IMG/VR virus record: IMGVR_UViG_3300032280_000786
Location: 26,206-90,205 of that record
Length of the DNA: 64,000 nucleotides
From: a virus
Lineage: Duplodnaviria > Caudoviricetes
Strand: one strand, 5' to 3'
Numbering within the stretch: position 1 is the stretch's first letter; each line of letters begins with the position of its first letter. The position numbers and the translations under genes were made by a program. The notes beneath the pieces were generated by a model that worked only from the letters and a program-made list of their open reading frames with translations, ran no database searches and was not told the origin of the DNA. Below are positions 39,671 to 48,105 of this stretch, piece after piece.

Positions 39671-40453
39671 TTATTGTTTAAAAAAGGAGTTAGGGTTAAC
39701 TTTGCCAATATACTCTGCAAAATCTTCCATTCCTATTCCACATTCTGTTGATATACCTGGTTCTGCAAGAACTTGACTTAATAAAGTTCTATACATTGTT
39801 TTATCACTAAATGGTACTGGATAGTTTATAGAACTATCTGCAAAGAATTTCTTTAATAAGATTTTTATTCTACCTGCACTTGGTCTATCTGCTAAAGAAA
39901 CTTTAGTACCTGCTGTAAAACTACCATCATTATAATAAAAGTTATTCGGTTCTCCGTTAAGTTCAAAGTGATTAGGTTCTAATTCTAAATATATTGCAAA
40001 TGTATTTGTTTGAAATCCAAATGTAGGCTCATAGTAATCAGGTTTTAATAGACCATACATTCTATCAAATTGTTCTCTTGTTTGTGGAATTACCCACATT
40101 TCAAAATAAATTGGTGTACTCTCTATTTTCCATCCTAGTTCATTTAGACGAGTATTATCTTTAGTTAAAAAACGTGTATCGTCTTTATACGGTTCTAAGT
40201 AAGGATAAAAACAAAAATAAACTTCTTCTTCAGTCTCCAACTCTTTAGTCTGTATTAGAATTTTGATTTTACCATACTTAGAATATGTTTCTACGTGTTT
40301 TTTCCAGTTATCAATAGCTTCTTTCCCGGCAATATCCTCACTATGTTTGTGAAGAATACTTGCTCTAGTATGATGTCCTAATCTAGCTAGTTTATCTGCA
40401 GCGTCTTTATAAGTTTTTGACTTTAATTCTTCGTTATATTTTAAGTATCTCAT
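39671..40453 (-). CDS. Hypothetical protein with MRYLKYNEE leader
   Basis: TAATATATA on the minus strand at 40460-40468. Confidence 0.6.
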   Translation of the reverse strand: MRYLKYNEELKSKTYKDAADKLARLGHHTRASILHKHSEDIAGKEAIDNWKKHVETYSKYGKIKILIQTKELETEEEVYFCFYPYLEPYKDDTRFLTKDNTRLNELGWKIESTPIYFEMWVIPQTREQFDRMYGLLKPDYYEPTFGFQTNTFAIYLELEPNHFELNGEPNNFYYNDGSFTAGTKVSLADRPSAGRIKILLKKFFADSSINYPVPFSDKTMYRTLLSQVLAEPGISTECGIGMEDFAEYIGKVNPNSFFKQ

Positions 40454-40486
40454 AATTCATATATATTATTTTTTATATATAGATTT

Positions 40487-40741
40487 ATGAGATACTTAAA
40501 AGTTTATGAAGATTTTAAAAAGAATAACCTAGAAGGTTCTTTAATTACAATAGAAGATGTACTTAAATGTATTAAGTCTGGTGGTGTAATTTACGCTACA
40601 ACCGTTAAAGAATTTGCGGATAATGATCCTAAAGCACCTCTAAGACCTGTAAATATAGATGAAGATGGTGAAGTAACCGTTGAGTTTGAAGGTAAAGAGT
40701 ATGAAGTAAATCTAAGAAATATAGAGTCTATTGAATTTTAA
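40487..40741 (+). CDS. Small protein with MRYLKVYED leader
   Basis: 84 aa with an SH3/Sm-like beta-rich C-terminal half. Confidence 0.55.
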   Translation: MRYLKVYEDFKKNNLEGSLITIEDVLKCIKSGGVIYATTVKEFADNDPKAPLRPVNIDEDGEVTVEFEGKEYEVNLRNIESIEF

Positions 40742-41199
40742 AACAATAAACTCTTTAGTTTAATATCCCTACTAAATGATTTTATATCATCTATATAAGT
40801 ACATTCATATTTATCTAAAATTTCACTATAACAAGCCCATCTATCTTTTCTCTTTGACCAAAAAGAAACCATTGGATCATCTGATCTACCAATCGGTACA
40901 TACAAGTCTTTATTATTCTCTAAACAATAATCTACTAGCTCTTGTATTTTAGAAGGATCATTTATAAAAATGTCCAAGTGATAAACCATTATACAATCTT
41001 GTTCAATTTTAGAATAATCGATTTTATCTGGATTATTTATACCCAACTTTCTAACACCAATAAAATCATTTAGTTTGTACTTATATAAAAGTAAAGTACT
41101 TAAATCGTTTCTATTGAGAGTTTTGTATATTTCTATAAGTTCCTTTCTTTCTTGGAATTTTCCCTCCCAGGACCATTTATCATCTATTCTATAAATCAT
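40738..41199 (-). CDS. Hypothetical protein with C-terminal RDIKLKSLL motif
   Basis: 153-aa ORF. Confidence 0.55.
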   Translation of the reverse strand: MIYRIDDKWSWEGKFQERKELIEIYKTLNRNDLSTLLLYKYKLNDFIGVRKLGINNPDKIDYSKIEQDCIMVYHLDIFINDPSKIQELVDYCLENNKDLYVPIGRSDDPMVSFWSKRKDRWACYSEILDKYECTYIDDIKSFSRDIKLKSLLF

Positions 41200-41200
41200 A

Positions 41201-41758
41201 TTACTTTAAATAAGACATTATCTTTTGTTTTATACCTGCTTGTTTGATTCCTTCATTTTGTCGTTTGGTATGAACAAAATTAGTTAAATCAGCTGACATA
41301 TTCAAATCATCAACCGCAACCCAATGAGTAACCTCTGGGTGTAAAGCCAACCATTTTTTGATCTCTATTGCTCGTTCATCTTCAAATCCTTTTTTACCAT
41401 TGGCTTCAAGGTATTTAAAGTCTTCAACTTCAAGTGTTGGTGTATAATCGATTGGTCCTTTAACAACACCAAACATATCATAAAACTCTTTCATTTCGGT
41501 TAAAGTACAATCAAAACGCCAGTCGGAAGATACAACGATTTCTGCACCGGTTTCTAATAAGATTTCATTTAAAACACGAACTGTTTTATAATTGAAATCA
41601 TCGAAACGATACTGGACATCCATTGTGTTTAAATCACAATCATACATAACAGATCGTTCTGGATACGTTCGGTTCCAAAGTAGTTGTTTCTTACGTCGGC
41701 CTCCCCATTCAGTGGCAAGACACATAACACCATCATGATCTAAAAATATTACCTTCAT
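41201..41758 (-). CDS. Second HAD phosphatase of the HAD_SAK_2-like type
   Basis: VIFLDHDGVM, EIVVSSDWR, RAIEIKKWL and WVAVDD. Confidence 0.8.
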   Translation of the reverse strand: MKVIFLDHDGVMCLATEWGGRRKKQLLWNRTYPERSVMYDCDLNTMDVQYRFDDFNYKTVRVLNEILLETGAEIVVSSDWRFDCTLTEMKEFYDMFGVVKGPIDYTPTLEVEDFKYLEANGKKGFEDERAIEIKKWLALHPEVTHWVAVDDLNMSADLTNFVHTKRQNEGIKQAGIKQKIMSYLK

Positions 41759-41820
41759 AAATACAAATATACGACTTTTAATTATATATATTTAATATAT
41801 AACAAAAAAGATTTTTTTGA

Positions 41821-42339
41821 ATGAAACACTTAAAACAATTTGAAAACTGGACATCAACTAGTACTGGTGATAAAGAAGTTGAATATGATTATACTAGTAA
41901 AGATTCTATTTATCATGGAATTCGTGATATAAATGTATCAAGAGATGGTATTAGAACAAAAGCTAAAGCAAAGTTTGATTCTGGTGCACGTTCATCTAGT
42001 ATTGACTTTAAAGTAGCTAAAAGATTAGGTATATCAGATGATTTTATTAAAAAATGTAAAGAGTTGGACTCAATTGACTTAGGTAATTATGTTAAAAATC
42101 CTAAGATTATATCTAAACTAGAACAAACTAAAGTTGAAAATTTATTTTTGAAACAACTAAAGGTTCAATTTCCTGAATTGTCAGATGTTAAATTAGTTAA
42201 ATCTTCATCCGGATTCTCGCTTAGAATGGTGATTCGTTTAAATCTAGAGTTTAATGGTAAAGTTATATCAACTGACGCAAATATTCGTGATAGAGCAGGT
42301 TTAGCTTGTGAAATGTTAGTTGGATTAAAAGATATGTAA
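41821..42339 (+). CDS. Retropepsin-fold protease (RimK-associated 'ATP-dependent Zn protease' type) with MKHLKQFEN leader
   Basis: AKFDSGARSSSID (D-[ST]-G-A) and a C-terminal NIRDR..L...MLVG. Confidence 0.7.
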   Translation: MKHLKQFENWTSTSTGDKEVEYDYTSKDSIYHGIRDINVSRDGIRTKAKAKFDSGARSSSIDFKVAKRLGISDDFIKKCKELDSIDLGNYVKNPKIISKLEQTKVENLFLKQLKVQFPELSDVKLVKSSSGFSLRMVIRLNLEFNGKVISTDANIRDRAGLACEMLVGLKDM

Positions 42340-42343
42340 TAAT

Positions 42344-42670
42344 ATGAAACACATAAAAGTATTTGAAGAGTTTGGTGGTAGAGAAAAAGAAGTAGTATTT
42401 ACCGGTAAAAGAAACCCAAGATTAGTAATCAAAGTTGTTAAATCACCTGATGGTAGAATAATAGAAATTGAGAATGAAACTGGAATTAGATTTCCATTTT
42501 CAGTTGGACAAATCTTAAATAGAAACGCTGAAGTTTGGGCTTGTAATAATAATTTCTTAATGGATGGTAAAGATATGTGTCCAGAAGAGAAAGTATTTGG
42601 TATTAGAAAAAAAGATATACCACAAGGACACGAATTAAGAATGATGTTCCCCGGAAAGTTTAGAAATTAA
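42344..42670 (+). CDS. Hypothetical protein with MKHIKVFEE leader
   Basis: 108-aa ORF. Confidence 0.6.
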   Translation: MKHIKVFEEFGGREKEVVFTGKRNPRLVIKVVKSPDGRIIEIENETGIRFPFSVGQILNRNAEVWACNNNFLMDGKDMCPEEKVFGIRKKDIPQGHELRMMFPGKFRN

Positions 42671-42672
42671 TT

Positions 42673-43824
42673 ATGAAATGGATAAAGTTATTTGAAAATT
42701 TTAATGAGATAAATAATATAGTTATAATAGGAGCTGGTATATCATCTCTTTATTCGGCATATATTTTAAAGAAAAATTATCCAAAAATCAAATACACTAT
42801 AATAGAAAAGTCTGATGAGTGTGGTGGTAGAGTTAAAATGTCAAATTTAGGAGATGTTAAAATAACAACTGGTGCTTATTTTACCAGAGTTGATAAAGAT
42901 AAAACATTGTTAAAGCTAGTAAAAGATCTTGATATAAAGTTAAATCCATATGTATTAGATATAGACTATTCTTTTAAAGAATTAGATGTTAATGAGTTAG
43001 TAGATAAATTAAAACAAGCACTACCTAAATATGATAGGAGTAAAATAAAATTTAAAGAATTTGCCAAAGATGTTTTAGGTAAGGATTATGATAACTTTAT
43101 TAATATGATGGGTTATACTGATTTTGAAAATGCTGATATAAATGATACTTTATTTAATTATGGTTTAGAAGATAATATACCTGGTTATAAAGTTATGAAT
43201 TTGGATTGGAGTAAAGTTATAGAAAAGTTAGTTAACTTTATAGGAAAAGAAAATATTGTATTAAATACAGAAGTTAAATCAATAAAAGAAAAAAATGATT
43301 CTTTTCTAATAAATTCTAAATATGAGTGTGATGGTGTGATAATAGGAGTTACTATAAACTCATTAAAGAGCCTTTTAGATAACAAAATTTACAATCAAAT
43401 TGAATCTCAAGAATTTATAAAAGTTTTTGCAAAATCTAAAGACTTAGATGTAAATAAATATACTGTTGTTAATTCAGAACTAAGAAAGGTTATACCAGTC
43501 AAAGATGATGTTTATACAATTGCTTACTCTGATAATAAAGATGCCATATCTCTAAAGTCAAAAGGCACTAGTTATTTTGAGGAATTATTGTCTAAAGATT
43601 TTAATAAAGATATAAAAATTACTAATGTGAAAAAGTTTTTTTGGGAAGAAGGAACACATTATTATAAACCTTTAATTGGATATAAAAGTAGAAAGGAATT
43701 CATAAAAGACGCGCAGCATCCAAAGAATAATATATGGGTAGTTGGTGAGGTAGTTGCAGAAAGACAAGGTTGGGTAGAAGGTGCTCTTTCGTCTGTTGAG
43801 AAAATAAGTTTATTCAAGAAGTGA
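42673..43824 (+). CDS. FAD-dependent oxidoreductase (flavin amine oxidase-like) with MKWIKLFEN leader
   Basis: IVIIGAGISSLYSA...IIEKSDECGGRV...TGA and C-terminal VVGE...QGWVEGALSS. Confidence 0.85.
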   Translation: MKWIKLFENFNEINNIVIIGAGISSLYSAYILKKNYPKIKYTIIEKSDECGGRVKMSNLGDVKITTGAYFTRVDKDKTLLKLVKDLDIKLNPYVLDIDYSFKELDVNELVDKLKQALPKYDRSKIKFKEFAKDVLGKDYDNFINMMGYTDFENADINDTLFNYGLEDNIPGYKVMNLDWSKVIEKLVNFIGKENIVLNTEVKSIKEKNDSFLINSKYECDGVIIGVTINSLKSLLDNKIYNQIESQEFIKVFAKSKDLDVNKYTVVNSELRKVIPVKDDVYTIAYSDNKDAISLKSKGTSYFEELLSKDFNKDIKITNVKKFFWEEGTHYYKPLIGYKSRKEFIKDAQHPKNNIWVVGEVVAERQGWVEGALSSVEKISLFKK

Positions 43825-43916
43825 AACATTTAAGAAAATTTAATGAAGGTAAAGACTGGGTTGAAAAAGAAATTCAAAAAATTTTAGATAAGAATGATAC
43901 TGACAAAAGAAATTAA
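43821..43916 (+). pseudogene. Truncated leader-bearing ORF (31 aa) cut by the downstream endonuclease gene
   Basis: GTG start overlapping the previous TGA, translating to (V/M)KHLRKFNEGKDWVEKEIQKILDKNDTDKRN. Confidence 0.5.
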
Positions 43917-44574
43917 AGTAGAACTTACTCAATTTAATTACCACCACTATAAAAGAATAGGTTATGATACTGATAATAAGGAGTTTATTATGGTTCGTAT
44001 CGAAGATATAGGGAAAAGAACACCGATTAAAATTGATGTAAAATGTGATTTGTGTGGTAAAGAAAAAAGAATAAATTATAGAAAATATAGTGATAATATA
44101 TCAAAGTATAACATATACACATGTTCTAATAAATGTGCTATGTTTAAAAATGAAATGACTAATTTAGAAAAATATGGTAATAAACATCAGTGTAGAAATG
44201 AAAAGGTACAAGATAAGATACTATCAACTAAACTAGATAGAGGACTTATATCAAATTCGTTTGAGGACTTCTTCAATTATAGAAGAGTTGTGAATAATCT
44301 AACAAATAGAGTTAAGAAAAGTTTATATAAAAATTGGGATGGTTATGATTACTATGATAAAGATTATATACAAGAAAACCTACTACTCGGTTTTAATAAT
44401 ATAGATTATCCTACGATAGACCATAAGATTTCAGTTTTTATAGGATACAAAGAAGGTTTATTACCAATAGAAATTGCGAGTATTGAGAACCTTTGTATAA
44501 CAAAAAGAAAAAATAATTCATCCAAAGGATATAAAAACGAAGAAGATTATATAAAACAAAAAATCCAGTCATAG
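43894..44574 (+). mobile_element. Putative HNH-like homing endonuclease
   Basis: CDLC...TCSNKC zinc finger, KYG repeat, and C-terminal PTIDHKISV...IASIENLCITKRKNNSSK. Confidence 0.65.
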
Positions 44575-44586
44575 ACTGGATTTTTT
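44558..44586. terminator. Bidirectional intrinsic terminator
   Basis: aaaaatccagtc-ata-gactggattttt. Confidence 0.8.
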
Positions 44587-44587
44587 G

Positions 44588-46141
44588 TTATTTTTCGTTT
44601 GCTTCTAAAACGATTTGTTTAATTCTACCATGACCAGCATCCGCAATTGGGCATTTAGTACCAACTGATATAATCAAGGTTTTACCTTTAATACCTTTGA
44701 AGTTCAGATGATCCGTGTAACCGTCAGTTAAAATTACATTGTTGAAATCATTAAAGTTTTCTCTAATGTAATCAATAGCTGGATTTAGACAAGTACCACC
44801 TAAACCTTTAATTGGAATAGTTTCAAGTCTTCTTTTACTTTTGATGTTCTCTACCCAATTTACTTGTGTATCGGACTCCATTAAGTTTATTTCTATATCA
44901 TTACGATATACATAAGAAAGAACTCTCTCAAACGTGCCACTTCCGCCCATCGAACCTGATGTGTCGAGTACAACATTGATTTTGGTTTTAACCTTTCTAT
45001 TACCTTTAAGACCAGCGATTTGACGTCTGTTTGGTTTAACGATAGTTTTTTGTTTTATCGTACCGAAAATCATATTAGACACTGCTCTTTTGATTTCTTT
45101 AAGGTAATCTTTTCTTTTCTTTCTTAACTTGTTAAGAGTAGTTTCAACATTACCAGCAGATAAACCACGAGCAGCTAATCTTTCCATAACGTCTCTTACC
45201 ATCGCTTCACGCATCTCTTCTGGAACGTCGTCTCCCATGTGTTTATCTAAATACTCACCTGTACCGTTTTCGTAATCTTCAAAGATTTGCTCAGTTGACC
45301 AAGTATCGATTTCACCACCACTTTTACCAGGATTTTTACCGTAAGGACCGTATGAAGGTTTACCAGTAGAGTCTTTACCAGACTCACCACCATCTTTACC
45401 AGTTCCACCACAATCTGGACATGGCTCACCATGGCCTCCTTCGCCTTGACCATCACCTTTTTGATCTGATTGTCCTTCACCTTGACCGTCACCTTGTTCT
45501 TGACCATCTTTACCTTTTCCTTGACCTTCTGATTTATCTTGTGGTTGACCATCACCTTCACCAGGCTCTTGACCTTTACCTTTATCAGATTTATCTTGAG
45601 GTTTTTGACCACTACCATTACAAGTAGAACACTCACATTTAGATTTTTGTTCTTTGTTCCACTCGTCTTTTTTCTCTTTCATCCACTCGTATAACTCTTC
45701 AAAGATAAGTTTACCCTCATATTCTTTTGGAACAAAAAGAGCCATATTCTTACCATCTGGAGATTTAGGAATTTCAACGAAGTTATGAGAAATGTCTTCC
45801 CAGATAATATGATTGATAATCATATCTTGTACAATGTTAGACAATTTGTGGTCGTATTGACCAGTAATAGTTCTTTTTGGGTGGTTGAAAAGTAAGTGGA
45901 AATCCTCGTGAAGAGTGATAAAGTTTACTTCTTTTTGAGACATATCCGCCAAGAACTTTGGAGAGTAGTAAAAGTTCATACCTTTTGTCCCCACATTAAC
46001 TCCACAAGTACCTACTGCATCATTCTCGTGAAAGTTGATGTGTAGGTTAAATTCACCGTAGTATGGAAGATTGATCTTGGTATCAATAAGCATTGACTGA
46101 ACACTGGCTAATAGTTTCTCGTGTATATTCTTTATTACCAT
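44588..46141 (-). CDS. DUF2201-type metallopeptidase-like / VWA domain protein
   Basis: FITLHEDFHLL (HExxH), NIVQDMIIN, and C-terminal MIDAS VLDTSGSM...GGT...ILTDG. Confidence 0.85.
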   Translation of the reverse strand: MVIKNIHEKLLASVQSMLIDTKINLPYYGEFNLHINFHENDAVGTCGVNVGTKGMNFYYSPKFLADMSQKEVNFITLHEDFHLLFNHPKRTITGQYDHKLSNIVQDMIINHIIWEDISHNFVEIPKSPDGKNMALFVPKEYEGKLIFEELYEWMKEKKDEWNKEQKSKCECSTCNGSGQKPQDKSDKGKGQEPGEGDGQPQDKSEGQGKGKDGQEQGDGQGEGQSDQKGDGQGEGGHGEPCPDCGGTGKDGGESGKDSTGKPSYGPYGKNPGKSGGEIDTWSTEQIFEDYENGTGEYLDKHMGDDVPEEMREAMVRDVMERLAARGLSAGNVETTLNKLRKKRKDYLKEIKRAVSNMIFGTIKQKTIVKPNRRQIAGLKGNRKVKTKINVVLDTSGSMGGSGTFERVLSYVYRNDIEINLMESDTQVNWVENIKSKRRLETIPIKGLGGTCLNPAIDYIRENFNDFNNVILTDGYTDHLNFKGIKGKTLIISVGTKCPIADAGHGRIKQIVLEANEK

Positions 46142-46265
46142 AATTTTTAATTAGTTTTATTATTTATTCTACAAAGATATGTATAAAAAGTTTAATAAAA
46201 AATAAATTATAATCTTTTTTCAAAAAAAAACTAATAGGGAGAGTTTAGTTTTTAATATATACTAT

Positions 46266-47123
46266 ATGATAATAGATAAAAATATAGAGGTTAAAATCGC
46301 AAAGTATAACATAGAACACTATAAAAATTACTTTGACGTTAAGTTAGGTGATATAATTACAATTGATACTGAATTACACCTACAAAAAGAAAGTAATAAG
46401 AAAATAAATGTTCAATGCGACATTTGTAAAGTACAAAGATATATAAAATTTCAAGCATATACAAAGAATATAAACTCAAATAAGAATTATCCAATTTATA
46501 CTTGTGATAAATGTTCTCATGTAAAGTTAAAGGATTTTAATAAACAAAAGTATGGTGTTGAGTATTACTCACAACATCCTGATAGAAATGATAAAGTTAA
46601 AAAGACTAGTATTGAGAAATATGGTACTGAACATTTTTCTAAAAGTTCTTATTTTAGAGAAAAGATTTCTAAAACCAACTTAGAAAAGTTTGGTTTTATA
46701 AATCCATTTATGGATAAAGAAAGAATAAAAACCATTTTTAAGAATAAGTATGGTGTTGAGCATCCATCACAGGTAGAAGAGTTTTATGATAAGATTAGAA
46801 CATCTAATGAAAATAATAAAAATTGGACTGATAGAAATTTAATGAAAGACTTCAACATTTATAAAAACAAAGTAAGAAATAAAACTAAACAGAACATTAA
46901 ACTATTAGAATGGGACGGAACAGATTTTTATGATAATGAGTATATAGAGGATAATTTTAATTTAGACTATAATGATAATAACTATCCAACAATAGACCAT
47001 AAGATTTCTATATTTGAAGGATTTATGAATAATAAGTCTATTGAAGAAATAGCATCGGTTGATAATTTATGTTGGACTAAACGAATTATAAACATTACTA
47101 AAAACAAAAAATCTCACAATTAA
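46266..47123 (+). mobile_element. Putative HNH-like homing endonuclease with KYGxE repeats
   Basis: Paralogue of 43894: CDIC...TCDKC, repeats KYGVEYYSQ/KYGTEHFSK/KYGVEHPSQ, and PTIDHKISI...IASVDNLCWTKRIIN. Confidence 0.7.
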
Positions 47124-47137
47124 GTGAGATTTTTTTT
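47106..47137. terminator. Bidirectional intrinsic terminator
   Basis: aaaaaatctcac-aattaa-gtgagattttttt. Confidence 0.75.
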
Positions 47138-47387
47138 AATAAATTTTATAAACCTCTAGGTCTTTATGACTTTTCTTTAATAAACCTTTCTCAGTTTTAA
47201 TAGTAAAGATTGTGTTCCCATTGAAATCCTCTTTATCTACTATCTCACCATCCATTAAGGATTTACCAAGGTGAAATGTTATCTTATCACCTATGTTCAA
47301 TTCTTTAACTTCTGTTAAGGAAAAACCTTTTTCACCAGAACCGTCTAAGTATGACTTTCCTTCACTAAATCTTTTTAAGTATCTCAT
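47136..47387 (-). CDS. Small SH3-like protein with MRYLKRFSE leader
   Basis: TAATATATA on the minus strand at 47406-47414. Confidence 0.55.
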   Translation of the reverse strand: MRYLKRFSEGKSYLDGSGEKGFSLTEVKELNIGDKITFHLGKSLMDGEIVDKEDFNGNTIFTIKTEKGLLKKSHKDLEVYKIY

Positions 47388-47427
47388 ATAATAATTATTT
47401 TTTTTTATATATTAAAAATTAAAAACG

Positions 47428-47709
47428 TTATTTTAACAATTCCCTTAATCTTTCTTCTCTAAATTCTTCAAGTGTTGTGAATACAGATTTTGGATAAAGG
47501 CAAGTACTACCACTATCATCAACTAATCTGTAATTATCATTTTCACCTATCTTGTTATTGGTTCTAACAAATTCACTTTGGTATGTTTTACCAATAGTTA
47601 AATTTGGAAATCCAAAACCTGGTTTTCCTTTACTCCAAGTTCCTTGCCATAAAGGTCTTTGTAGTTGGTGTGAACCATATAAATTTGTTTTACATACTAT
47701 TTGTATCAT
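47428..47709 (-). CDS. Hypothetical protein with C-terminal REERLRELL motif
   Basis: 93-aa ORF. Confidence 0.55.
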   Translation of the reverse strand: MIQIVCKTNLYGSHQLQRPLWQGTWSKGKPGFGFPNLTIGKTYQSEFVRTNNKIGENDNYRLVDDSGSTCLYPKSVFTTLEEFREERLRELLK

Positions 47710-47894
47710 TTTAACAATTCGTCTATCTTTTTAGATTTTAAAAAGTTTTTGTATGATTGAACTTCAAGTGGATCAACACTTTCAATCAAAGTTTCAAAGT
47801 CAATTTTATTCAAAAAGTAATTGTCTAATAAACTTGTGTCTATTAGAACTTGATTTTCAATTAAGTATTGTATGTATTCTTTTTCGTAATTCAT
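47706..47894 (-). CDS. Small hypothetical protein ending KSKKIDELLK
   Basis: Likely start 47894, 4 nt after TATATTTG. Confidence 0.5.
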   Translation of the reverse strand: MNYEKEYIQYLIENQVLIDTSLLDNYFLNKIDFETLIESVDPLEVQSYKNFLKSKKIDELLK

Positions 47895-47932
47895 AGCACA
47901 AATATACAAAAATTTATTTAATATATACTATT

Positions 47933-48040
47933 ATGATTAAAAAATTTAATGATTTTGTTTTAGAAGAACTAGCTTATCTATCCGGACATAGACAACCACT
48001 TTATCATTTTACTTCTGCTTTAAAAGTATCCACATATTAA
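47933..48040 (+). pseudogene. Truncated leader-bearing ORF (35 aa)
   Basis: TAATATATA at 47919, translating to MIKKFNDFVLEELAYLSGHRQPLYHFTSALKVSTY*. Confidence 0.5.
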
Positions 48041-48105
48041 AGTTTATAATATAGATAAAGATAATCATAGAAAGAAGGTTGAAATTACTGATAAGTATAT
48101 CAATC

